From an uncultured Oceanospirillaceae bacterium (lineage in GTDB: Bacteria > Pseudomonadota > Gammaproteobacteria > Pseudomonadales > Balneatricaceae), in the NCBI GenBank assembly GCA_965366045.1, contig CBDUDU010000001.1, positions 20,044 through 84,043 of the forward strand: a stretch of DNA of 64,000 nucleotides, read 5' to 3'. Position numbers and translations under genes: made by a program. This document shows, one piece after another, positions 45,716-54,567 of the stretch (positions are counted from its first letter, which is position 1; each line of letters begins with the position of its first letter). Below the pieces are notes generated by a model. That model made no database searches and was not told the origin of the DNA. It worked only from the letters and a program-made list of their open reading frames with translations.

Positions 45716-46534
45716 TTGGCGCTAATTTGTGCATACCCGATGTATCAGATGCCTGAGTTGGAGGCGGTGGTTAGTGCTTGGTGGCAGTCTCTGCGCCAAC
45801 ACCTCTTGGCTCAAGGCTTGAGTGCTGGGGACCTACCTAATCTGTTGGTTGAACCAGAGAACTACTATGCCCATTGGCGTAAACCTAACCTGTTGTTGAG
45901 CCAAACCTGTGGTTACCCGTTGACTCACGAGTTACAAAATCAGGTCCAATATGTCGCTACTCAAAGCTACCAAACGGCCTACACCAAAGGGCCCAACTAC
46001 TGCAGCCTAGTATTGGTTCATAAAAAAAATAGCGCAAACCATATCAGCCAACTTAAATACACACGGCTAGCAGTAAATAGCGAGGATTCGCAATCTGGTT
46101 ATCACGCTTTAAGACGGTTTATTGCACCTCTCGCAGGCGGTGAACGGTTTTTTTCTGAGGTGGTTCACTCAGGAGCACACCGGCAGAGCATGGTCCTAGT
46201 GGCAAACGGCGAGGCCGATGTTTGCGCTGTTGATTGTGTCACTTATGGCTTATTGCAAACCCATGCACCAGCCACGATAGCCAACTTACGTGTTTTAACT
46301 CACACACAAAGTACGCTAGGGTTGCCTTACGTTACCAGTTTGGCTACGTCACCAGCGACACTGAGCAAGCTTAGAAGCGGTCTTGCGGCAGCCGCATTAG
46401 ACCCGGCGCTAAAATCAATACGGCAGCAGTTGTTGATGGGGCCAGTTGAGGTGATAACGGGGCTATATCCGTACCAAGAAATAATCAATCAAGCCCAGCA
46501 GGCCAATGAATTAGGTTACAAGCAGTTAGTTTAA
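45716..46534 (+). CDS. PhnD/SsuA-fold binding-protein-like, no signal peptide
   Basis: LLLSQTCGYP, Y.S.VLV, AVNSEDSQSGY, SGAH..S..LVA.G.ADV.AVDCVT. Confidence 0.8.
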   Translation: MALICAYPMYQMPELEAVVSAWWQSLRQHLLAQGLSAGDLPNLLVEPENYYAHWRKPNLLLSQTCGYPLTHELQNQVQYVATQSYQTAYTKGPNYCSLVLVHKKNSANHISQLKYTRLAVNSEDSQSGYHALRRFIAPLAGGERFFSEVVHSGAHRQSMVLVANGEADVCAVDCVTYGLLQTHAPATIANLRVLTHTQSTLGLPYVTSLATSPATLSKLRSGLAAAALDPALKSIRQQLLMGPVEVITGLYPYQEIINQAQQANELGYKQLV

Positions 46535-46550
46535 GAGAGAGAAAATTTAT

Positions 46551-47090
46551 ATGGCATACAGCGATATATTGCAGTTTTGGTACACAGAAATAGCACCACG
46601 TAATTGGTTTATTAAAGACTTAGAGTTCGACAAAATGCTCAAACGCCGGTTTGGCTACCTTCATCAGTGCGCAAGTGCAGGAGAGTTGGAAAGCTGGCGC
46701 CAAAAACCATTAGGGCGGTTAGCCGAAGTCATTGTGCTGGACCAATTTTCGCGCAACTTATTTAGAAATTCTGCCCAGGCCTTCGCATACGATGCCCAAG
46801 CGCTTACCTTGGCCCAAGCTGCTATAACTGCAGGGCATGATTCAGATATGTTGCCGCAACAAAAGTCTTTTTTGTACATGCCGTTTATGCACAGTGAATC
46901 GGCAAAAATACATCAACAAGCCGAACAATTGTTTAATCAACCAGGGTTAGAAAATAACTACGAATTTGAGCTTAAGCACAAAATTATCATTGATCAATTT
47001 GGCCGATACCCACACCGTAATAAACTGTTAGGTAGAACTTCAACCCCTGAAGAACTGCAGTTTTTGAGTGGGCCTAGGTCTTCGTTTTAA
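46551..47090 (+). CDS. DUF924 family protein
   Basis: ILQFW, LAEVIVLDQFSRN, F.YMPFMHSE, FGRYPHRN..LGR.ST.EE. Confidence 0.9.
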   Translation: MAYSDILQFWYTEIAPRNWFIKDLEFDKMLKRRFGYLHQCASAGELESWRQKPLGRLAEVIVLDQFSRNLFRNSAQAFAYDAQALTLAQAAITAGHDSDMLPQQKSFLYMPFMHSESAKIHQQAEQLFNQPGLENNYEFELKHKIIIDQFGRYPHRNKLLGRTSTPEELQFLSGPRSSF

Positions 47091-47261
47091 GGGTGGTGGC
47101 AAGTAACTTATATAGATTCACAGCATAGCCCACTATTAGAACTAAAGAGCGGCAGGCACTCTTTTTTGTAACCGAGATGGAAATTCCAAAATAAACGCCT
47201 ATACTTTTCAAAGCGTTGGGAGTGGAAGGTTTAGTTAAGAATAATTAGTAGTGCCGCGCTC

Positions 47262-47415
47262 TAATAATTATTTGCTGTTTTTGTTGTGGCTACAATGATA
47301 ATTTTAAGTCCAGGCTCTGGTGTTATTCTTACACTTACGAATTAAGTTCGTTATGGTATGTCTGGCGCTGTTGGAAGTATTGTAGGTATTGCTGTAGGCA
47401 CATTTAGCTAGGCAC
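47262..47415 (+). pseudogene. LysE/RhtB family translocator remnant
   Basis: NYLLF/(frameshift)VVATMIILSPGSGVILTLTN*VRYGMSGAVGSIVGIAVGTF; in-frame TAA at 47343. Confidence 0.7.
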
Positions 47416-47503
47416 AAGAAATGTCCAGCAGGTACTTGTAGAATGGACATGCAGACTGCTTAGGACAGGCATGGACGTAGATAAGTTAAATTAAAAGATC
47501 GAT

Positions 47504-48121
47504 CTATATATTCGATTTCTGTATAAGGTTGCCCCCTCGCCAAACGTATAAAGCCAGCAGTGGCTCACCTGATGTGCGCATTGAGTGTTTGATGTTACTG
47601 GCATGATAAATTAGTGGACAAGGGGCAACATGTTGCCAGCCTTTTTCTTCGTGATACCACTCAGCGGTTCCACTGAGTGGAAAGTATAATTCCTCCGCCA
47701 CGTGCCAATGCTCAGGGTAGGTAACATTATCACCAAAAAGAACTAGTCCACTTGATAACACATCGCTATGCCAATATGCATCGGGGCCTAGAAACTTTAT
47801 CCACCCATATTGCTGTAAAAATTCTTCACCAAAATCTTCTTCGGAGTACGTCTGATTGAAATGTAAATTAGATTTACTATCGATCATACGTTCGATTAAA
47901 GGCTGGTTTTCTTCAGGGGCCTGTTTTGCCATTTGTGACAAATAACATAATACTGGTAGACTTTTTGGCGCTAACATTCGGTCAGGCTTTTTCAAATCCA
48001 ACGCCGGTATTAAGCTGCACCAATCGGGCGGGCACCTTTGCCTTAGCTGAGCCAACCATAGGTCAGCCAGAGCCGACAAGCCAAGTGTGATTTTAGAATT
48101 ATTTGTAGTATCAGATTTCAT
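47504..48121 (-). CDS. cupin of the DMSP-lyase (DddQ/DddL-like) family
   Basis: YPEHWHVAEELY.PLSG cupin motif 1, HASNIKHSMRT motif 2, PLLALYVWRG. Confidence 0.75.
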   Translation of the reverse strand: MKSDTTNNSKITLGLSALADLWLAQLRQRCPPDWCSLIPALDLKKPDRMLAPKSLPVLCYLSQMAKQAPEENQPLIERMIDSKSNLHFNQTYSEEDFGEEFLQQYGWIKFLGPDAYWHSDVLSSGLVLFGDNVTYPEHWHVAEELYFPLSGTAEWYHEEKGWQHVAPCPLIYHASNIKHSMRTSGEPLLALYVWRGGNLIQKSNI

Positions 48122-48482
48122 ACAACACATTCTACCCAGATAGTATCTTGTGCCGATAGCCTAATTTATGTGGTTAAGCCTCACAGTTCCGAAATAACTA
48201 TTCACTCAGTTTTTAAACTAGTCGCCACAATATACACCAGCTTGATTTATGTTTAGTACAGCAACTGAACTAGACTTTAAATGGGTGGATGGGCACTGTT
48301 AACTCAGGCCATGAATAGCATCGAGCTGATTAGGCAGATTAATACTGGTCGCTGAAGAACTGCCCCAGTAATTTATAAGGAACATAATAATGAAAAGTAT
48401 AAATTTCCAACTACTTAGATCCAAAACATAATTACAGCTAGATTACACGCTGACAAGAAGGTTAAGTGCCTTTTGGTCGCAG

Positions 48483-49787
48483 CTAACCCCAAATATGTTT
48501 GTTCTGTCGCGTTGCTGGCCCATTGTTTGCGTTTCTGTCTGGTGCATCGCTTGTGGGTTTGCTTTTAGTCCGGTGCGTGGTTTTGGGCTGAGGCGGCTTA
48601 CTCTTGCGTATGTAATTCAAAATTGAAACGGGCACTACCTTTCTAACAACAAAACCTTCAATCTCTTTGCGCTTGATAATATGGTTTAAGCGGCTTTCTA
48701 TGGCGCACAGGTTTTTAAAGTCGCCCCATGCCACAAACGAGATAGCTTCGCCCGAGGCTCCAGCACGGCCTGTGCGACCAATACGGTGAATGTATTCTTC
48801 TGGCTTAAACGGTAAGTCATAATTTACCACCCGGCTAAGCTCACCAATATCGATACCGCGGGCAGCAACGCCTGTGGCGACTAGGTATTTTAGTTTGCCA
48901 GATTTAAAATCAGCTAAAATCTTTTCTCGACTGGCTTGGCTTTTGTCACCATGAATAGCGTCTGCTGCTATATCGCGTTTTGCTAGTTGGTCTACCAGCT
49001 TGGCCGCACCGTGCTTCTTCTCGATAAAAATGAGCGCCTGGTCCCATTTTTGATCGTTGATAAGATGGCTAAGTAGAGCAGATTTTCTGTCTTTATCTAC
49101 CGTGATTAGCCACTGGTCGATATTCGGTGCTGTGGTGGTTTTTGGTGAGACGGTTATTTCAATAGCCGGTTGGCTCATGTCGTTGTCTGAAAAACCATCA
49201 GCAAGGTGGCGCACTTCGTCGCTCATGGTGGCGGAAAATAGCAGGTTTTGACGACTTTGGGGCAGGCGGTCAATAATCTTATTCACTTCGTTACCAAAAC
49301 CCATGTCGACTATTCTGTCGGCTTCGTCTAATACCAGAACTTCTAATTCGTCAAAATGTAATGCCCGCTGGTGGGCCAAGTCCAGTAGTCGGCCTGGTGT
49401 GGCTACCAATATGTCAATGCCTTCGATCAGGCGTTGTTTTTGTGGTTCGGTATCAACGCCACCATATACGGCCATAGAGCTTAGATTTAAGTGTTTGCCA
49501 TAGTCTGCAATATTGGCAGCCACCTGCACGGCTAACTCACGGGTGGGGGTGAGAATAAGCGCGCGTATACGTTTGCCACGTAGTTTACGATCTTGGTTAA
49601 ACTTCTCCAATATCGGAAGAACAAAAGCAGCGGTTTTACCAGTACCCGTTTGAGCGGTCGCAATGAGGTCTTTACCCGCAATAACGGTGGGTATAGCTTG
49701 TTTTTGAATAGGTGTAGGAGACGTATAGCCCAAACCTTCGATTGCTTGTAGAAGGGGTTCGCATAATCCAAGGTTTGAAAATGACAT
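48483..49787 (-). CDS. DEAD-box RNA helicase (RhlE-like)
   Basis: Q motif, AQTGTGKT, PTRELA, DEAD, SAT, ARGID, HRIGRTGR. Confidence 0.95.
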   Translation of the reverse strand: MSFSNLGLCEPLLQAIEGLGYTSPTPIQKQAIPTVIAGKDLIATAQTGTGKTAAFVLPILEKFNQDRKLRGKRIRALILTPTRELAVQVAANIADYGKHLNLSSMAVYGGVDTEPQKQRLIEGIDILVATPGRLLDLAHQRALHFDELEVLVLDEADRIVDMGFGNEVNKIIDRLPQSRQNLLFSATMSDEVRHLADGFSDNDMSQPAIEITVSPKTTTAPNIDQWLITVDKDRKSALLSHLINDQKWDQALIFIEKKHGAAKLVDQLAKRDIAADAIHGDKSQASREKILADFKSGKLKYLVATGVAARGIDIGELSRVVNYDLPFKPEEYIHRIGRTGRAGASGEAISFVAWGDFKNLCAIESRLNHIIKRKEIEGFVVRKVVPVSILNYIRKSKPPQPKTTHRTKSKPTSDAPDRNANNGPATRQNKHIWG

Positions 49788-49895
49788 AGTTGCTCAGGTA
49801 AATGTTGGTAAAGAGTATGTACGGCATTATATCAGTATGGTGGTGGGTTTTGTTCTCTAGTGCTGTATTGGTGGCATTCTGTCTCGGTTTCACTT

Positions 49896-49911
49896 ATATT
49901 GTATACAATAT
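49896..49911. promoter_or_regulatory. GntR/FadR-type operator upstream of puuE
   Basis: perfect 16-bp palindrome ATATTGTATACAATAT with core TTGTATACAA. Confidence 0.75.
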
Positions 49912-49936
49912 TATGTACAATGTAGAAAAAGGTACC

Positions 49937-50860
49937 ATGACCGAAACATATCCCAGAAATTTGATTGGCTATAATGGCCAGCCTCCTAAAGTAGAATGGC
50001 CCAACAAAGCCCGTGTGGCCTTGTCTTTTGTGCTTAATTACGAAGAAGGCGGCGAGCGTTGTGTTTTACATGGCGACAGCGAGTCAGAAGCATTTTTATC
50101 TGAAATTATTGGGGTGCAACCTTATCAGGGTGTGCGCCACCCAAGCATGGAATCTATTTACGAATACGGCAGCCGCGCTGGTGTTTGGCGTATTTTGGAG
50201 CTGTTCAAAAAAAACGACATTCCGCTTACCGTCTTTGCTATTGCCATGGCGGCTCAACGCCATCCAGAAGTAGTGCAAGAAATGCACGCACATGGCCACG
50301 AAATCTGTAGCCATGGTTTACGTTGGATCGACTACCAATACATGGATCCACAGCTTGAGCGTGAGCACATGTGTGAAGCTATTGAGATCCTGACTCAAGT
50401 CACCGGCGAACGCCCTTTAGGTTGGTATACAGGGCGTAATAGCCCCAATACCCGTGATTTGGTAATGGAAGAGGGTGGCTTTGTTTACGATTCAGACGAC
50501 TATAGTGATGACCTGCCATTTTGGAGCCGTGGTTTAAATGGCAAGGGCGAGCCTCATCTTGTGATTCCTTATACCTTGGACACTAACGACATGCGTTTTG
50601 CTACGCCACAGGGGTTCCACACCAGCGAACAGTTTTTTCAATATTTAAAAGACGCTTTTGATGTGCTTTACGAAGAAGGCGCCTCAGCTCCTAAGATGTT
50701 ATCTGTTGGTATGCATTGCCGTTTGTTGGGTCGACCAGCTCGGCTTAAAGGCATTCAACGCTTCTTAGAGTACATAGGCCAGTTTGACGACGTTTGGTGT
50801 GCTCGCCGCATTGATATTGCTCGCCATTGGCAGCAGCACCATCCTTATGGAGGCGAATAA
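49937..50860 (+). CDS. puuE: allantoinase PuuE (polysaccharide deacetylase fold)
   Basis: YPRNLIGY, LNYEEGGE, ES.YEYGSRAG, GWYTGR.SPNT, SVGMHCRL.GRP. Confidence 0.95.
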   Translation: MTETYPRNLIGYNGQPPKVEWPNKARVALSFVLNYEEGGERCVLHGDSESEAFLSEIIGVQPYQGVRHPSMESIYEYGSRAGVWRILELFKKNDIPLTVFAIAMAAQRHPEVVQEMHAHGHEICSHGLRWIDYQYMDPQLEREHMCEAIEILTQVTGERPLGWYTGRNSPNTRDLVMEEGGFVYDSDDYSDDLPFWSRGLNGKGEPHLVIPYTLDTNDMRFATPQGFHTSEQFFQYLKDAFDVLYEEGASAPKMLSVGMHCRLLGRPARLKGIQRFLEYIGQFDDVWCARRIDIARHWQQHHPYGGE

Positions 50861-50861
50861 A

Positions 50862-51377
50862 ATGGCAGACTTAGCTAGCTGTACGCCAAGCCAGTTGTCA
50901 CGCAGTGCGTTTGTTGAACACTTTAAAGACCTGTACGAGCACTCGCCTTGGGTTGCCGAAGGGGTGTTTGATGGCGGTGTTTCCGTTGACTTGGATCAGT
51001 CTTCAGCACTGTTGATCGCGTTTAAAAACGTGATGTTGGGTGCACTTAAGGAGCAACAGCTAGCTCTTATTTGTTCTCACCCAGATTTAGCCGGTAAGGC
51101 TGCTATTCGGGGTGAACTTACTGCAGCGTCTACGTCTGAACAGGCTGGCGCAGGCATTAGTGAGTGTTCAGCAGCTGAGTTTGAGCGCTTTACCCAATTG
51201 AATGATGCTTATAAAGCCAGGTTTGGTTTTCCCTTTATTAAAGCCGTGAAAGGCAGTAACCGGCATCAAATATTAGCCGCATTTGAAAGCCGTATTGATA
51301 ACAGTGCTGAAGCTGAGTTTGCCCAAGCCCTCACAGAAATTAACAAAATCGCCAGCTTTCGTTTGGCCGATATGTAG
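50862..51377 (+). CDS. uraD: OHCU decarboxylase
   Basis: LYEHSPWVAE, HPDLAG, S.SEQAGAG, YKARFGFPFI.AV, I..IA..RL. Confidence 0.93.
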   Translation: MADLASCTPSQLSRSAFVEHFKDLYEHSPWVAEGVFDGGVSVDLDQSSALLIAFKNVMLGALKEQQLALICSHPDLAGKAAIRGELTAASTSEQAGAGISECSAAEFERFTQLNDAYKARFGFPFIKAVKGSNRHQILAAFESRIDNSAEAEFAQALTEINKIASFRLADM

Positions 51378-51398
51378 TCGCATTATTTAGGATTTTTT

Positions 51399-52433
51399 AT
51401 GACCCAAACCACAGAACAACGCCCACATAACCCATACGCACGCATGACCAATTTGGCCGATGCGCGTTTAGGTGCCGAAGCCATTCACTGCACAGACGAC
51501 TTTTTTGCCGACATGAACCGCATGTTACAAAACCATGACCCTGTGTGGAAAGAAGGCGTGTATGACGACAACGGTAAGTGGATGGACGGCTGGGAATCGC
51601 GCCGCAAGCGTCAACAAGGGCATGACCATTGCACCGTGCGTTTAGGTTTGCCGGGCCGTATTCGTGGCCTTAACATTGATACCAGCTTTTTCACTGGTAA
51701 CTACGCGCCCAGTGTGTCATTAGAAGCTTGTTACCTTGCAGATGGCGACCCAACAGAGGACACTCAGTGGCGCGAAGTGCAAGCAGCGTTAAACTTGCGA
51801 GGCGACAGCCATCATATTCAAGCTATTAACTGCAACGATGTATTTACCCATGTGCGTTTCCACATGTACCCAGACGGGGGTGTTGCACGTTTACGTATCT
51901 ATGGCGAAGTGGTTAAAGATTGGGCTGGGCAGGCCAACGATTTAGTTGACCTTGCCGCCATGGGCAACGGCGGCCGTGCCTTGTTATGTAGTGATGAACA
52001 TTTTGGCACCATGGACAATATTTTAGCTCCAGGCCGTGGCATTAACATGGGAGACGGCTGGGAAACCGCCCGCCGCCGTATTCCGGGTTTTGACTGGGTG
52101 ATTATTGCCTTGGGCCATGCCGGTACCGTGAGTGAAATTGAAGTGGACACAGCTCACTTTAAAGGTAATTTCCCCGATTCATGCTCTATTCAAGCGGCCT
52201 TTGTAGAAGGCGGCAGTGATGAACAAATGGCTGCCCAAAGTTTGTACTGGTCAGAACTCTTACCGTCGCAAAAGCTAAGCAAGGATCATATCCACGGTTA
52301 CAGCAATGAAGTGGTTGACCTTGGGCCTGTGACCCATGTGCGGTTAAATATTTTCCCCGATGGTGGTGTGTCACGTTTACGTATTAAGGGGCGGCTCTCA
52401 GGTCACGTTGTGGCCCAAGGTGAAGCCTCCTAA
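51399..52433 (+). CDS. alc: allantoicase
   Basis: DDFFA, DGWESRR, duplicated PDGGV.RLR and DGWETARRR. Confidence 0.95.
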   Translation: MTQTTEQRPHNPYARMTNLADARLGAEAIHCTDDFFADMNRMLQNHDPVWKEGVYDDNGKWMDGWESRRKRQQGHDHCTVRLGLPGRIRGLNIDTSFFTGNYAPSVSLEACYLADGDPTEDTQWREVQAALNLRGDSHHIQAINCNDVFTHVRFHMYPDGGVARLRIYGEVVKDWAGQANDLVDLAAMGNGGRALLCSDEHFGTMDNILAPGRGINMGDGWETARRRIPGFDWVIIALGHAGTVSEIEVDTAHFKGNFPDSCSIQAAFVEGGSDEQMAAQSLYWSELLPSQKLSKDHIHGYSNEVVDLGPVTHVRLNIFPDGGVSRLRIKGRLSGHVVAQGEAS

Positions 52434-52969
52434 TGGCTCAGTCACTTGTTATAGAAGCCTTAACCGCTCAAGCATTTGCAGGTTTTGGCGACGTTATCGA
52501 AGCCCACGCCGGTGATGGGTTTGGGATTAACCAAGGGTTTACCTGGCGCCACCACAAGCTAGCAACGGTGAGTACAGATCAGGCTAACGATGATGCTATT
52601 ATCAGCATATTCAGTAGCAAAAACAGGCCCATGCCTATTGCTATTAATATGATGGAGCGCCACCCGTTAGGCAGCCAAGCGTTTATGCCCTTGAGCGATA
52701 CGCCATTTTTGGTGGTGGTTGCTAAGGCTGGGCCAGAGCCTCAACTAGCCGATCTGAAGGCCTTTGTCACTAACGGCAAGCAGGGTGTGAATTACGGCAC
52801 TGGCGTATGGCATCATCCGTTGTTGATCTTGGCGCCACAACAAGACTTTTTGGTGGTCGACCGCGCTGGAGAAGGCAATAACCTTAATGAAGTGATGTTT
52901 AGTGAAGACCAATGCGCGCAGCTAGACGTGACCGAACTCATTAATAATATAACCACGAATAGAGAGTAA
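52433..52969 (+). CDS. allA: ureidoglycolate lyase
   Basis: LT..AFA.FGDVI, MERHPLGSQAF, GVNY..GVWHHP, FLVVDR. Confidence 0.93.
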   Translation: MAQSLVIEALTAQAFAGFGDVIEAHAGDGFGINQGFTWRHHKLATVSTDQANDDAIISIFSSKNRPMPIAINMMERHPLGSQAFMPLSDTPFLVVVAKAGPEPQLADLKAFVTNGKQGVNYGTGVWHHPLLILAPQQDFLVVDRAGEGNNLNEVMFSEDQCAQLDVTELINNITTNRE

Positions 52970-52971
52970 TT

Positions 52972-54177
52972 ATGGAAGCTCATTTATTAGAATGGCTGAA
53001 CCTAATCATCCGCTGGGTGCATGTCATTGTTGGTATCGCCTGGATTGGTGCCTCCTTCTATTTTGTATGGTTAGAAAACAACCTAGATCGCCAAGTAAAA
53101 AATCAAGATTTGGCTGGTGAGTTATGGGCTATACATGGCGGTGGTATTTATCACCTACAAAAATACAAGTTAGCGCCAGCCACTATGCCAAAACATTTGC
53201 ACTGGTTTAAGTGGGAGGCCTACAGTTCGTGGATTTCTGGTGTGCTGTTGCTCAGTGTGGTGTATTACCTTAACGCCGCAACCTATTTGATTTTGCCCGG
53301 TTCACCTGTTTCGCCTGCTGCAGGCGTGGTCATTGGCTTGGGTAGTTTGATAATGGGTTGGTGCGTTTACGACCTCTTATGTAAGAGTGCGTTACGTCAT
53401 CAGCCTTTGCTGTTGGGCGTTGCCTTAATGGTATTCTTGGTATTAGTGGCATGGGGGTTTAGCCAGTTTATGACAGGCCGAGCAGCATACCTACACGTAG
53501 GGGCGGTGATCGGTACGATGATGGTGGGCAACGTGTTCTATATCATCATGCCTGCTCAGAGAAACTTAGTAGGCGCCATAGAGGCTGGCACAGCACCGGA
53601 TCCAGCATTACCTAAAAATGGTTTGTTACGTTCGCGCCATAACAATTACCTTACTTTACCAGTGATCTTTATCATGGTGAGTAGCCATTTCCCAAGCACT
53701 TACGGGCATGAGTGGAACTGGGTGATTTTACTAGGGCTGTCGCTTGTGAGCGTGGTGGTACGCCATTATTTTAACACCCGTCACAATAGCCAGCAGTTTT
53801 TGTGGGCCTTGCCCGCGGCCGTGTTAGCTTTATTGGTGATGGCCTATGTCACCGTGCCACAAGTTCCGGGGTCTAGTACCGCCAAGTCTACTCAACAAGC
53901 CGAAGTGGTGGCGCCTGTAACCGCGCAACAAGCCCATTACATTGTGGCCACACACTGTGCGACTTGTCATTCGGCTACGCCTTCCCATGCGGCGTTCTCT
54001 ACAGCGCCTGCAGGGTTAATATTCGATTCCATCGACGAGATCAAGCGTTATAAAGATCGTATTTATTTACAATCGGTAGCGAGCCGCATTATGCCCTTAG
54101 GCAATAGTACGGGCATGACTCAAGACGAGCGTGACCAGTTAGGTCGTTGGATTTCCGACGGCGCAAACACTCAATAA
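52972..54177 (+). CDS. puuD: membrane urate hydroxylase PuuD with cytochrome c domain
   Basis: RW.HV..GIAWIG.SFYF, HGGG.Y, RSRHNNYLTLPV, C-terminal CATCH. Confidence 0.92.
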   Translation: MEAHLLEWLNLIIRWVHVIVGIAWIGASFYFVWLENNLDRQVKNQDLAGELWAIHGGGIYHLQKYKLAPATMPKHLHWFKWEAYSSWISGVLLLSVVYYLNAATYLILPGSPVSPAAGVVIGLGSLIMGWCVYDLLCKSALRHQPLLLGVALMVFLVLVAWGFSQFMTGRAAYLHVGAVIGTMMVGNVFYIIMPAQRNLVGAIEAGTAPDPALPKNGLLRSRHNNYLTLPVIFIMVSSHFPSTYGHEWNWVILLGLSLVSVVVRHYFNTRHNSQQFLWALPAAVLALLVMAYVTVPQVPGSSTAKSTQQAEVVAPVTAQQAHYIVATHCATCHSATPSHAAFSTAPAGLIFDSIDEIKRYKDRIYLQSVASRIMPLGNSTGMTQDERDQLGRWISDGANTQ

Positions 54178-54208
54178 ACGCAAATTGGGCTAAAAAAGGA
54201 GCAGTATT

Positions 54209-54562
54209 ATGGGATTTTTAACAACACATGTACTCGACACCGCCCAAGGTGTGCCGGGCAGCAATATGTCTGTAACGCTTTACCGTATAGTGGAGGGTCA
54301 GCGACAGTTATTAAGCCAACAAATAACCAATAGCGACGGCCGCTGCGATGGGCCCTTGTTGCAAGATGAGTCGTTCTGCGTAGGCGTATACGAGCTTGAG
54401 TTTGGTGTAGACGCCTATTTCACCCAAGCTAACGTAGCCCAGCCTAAACCGGCGTTTTTAAGTGATGTAACCCTACGTTTTGGTATTGCTGAAGCAGAGG
54501 AGCACTACCACGTGCCGTTATTGGTGTCGCCCTACAGCTACTCCACCTACCGCGGTAGTTAA
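54209..54562 (+). CDS. uraH: 5-hydroxyisourate hydrolase
   Basis: LTTHVLDTA.G.P, TNSDGR, HYHVPLL.SP, C-terminal YRGS. Confidence 0.96.
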   Translation: MGFLTTHVLDTAQGVPGSNMSVTLYRIVEGQRQLLSQQITNSDGRCDGPLLQDESFCVGVYELEFGVDAYFTQANVAQPKPAFLSDVTLRFGIAEAEEHYHVPLLVSPYSYSTYRGS

Positions 54563-54567
54563 AGCTT

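Noticed and set aside
48455-48490. Integron attC-like GTTAAG...GCTAAC near the helicase stop
   Set aside because: The boxes are in the wrong orientation for attC, there are no inner L boxes, and no integrase or cassette array
49802-49936. Hydrophobic N-terminal extension of PuuE in the ORF track
   Set aside because: It runs through the promoter and operator; homology begins at MTETYPRNL (49937)
51399-52433. Internal duplication in alc
   Set aside because: This is the normal two-domain architecture of allantoicase
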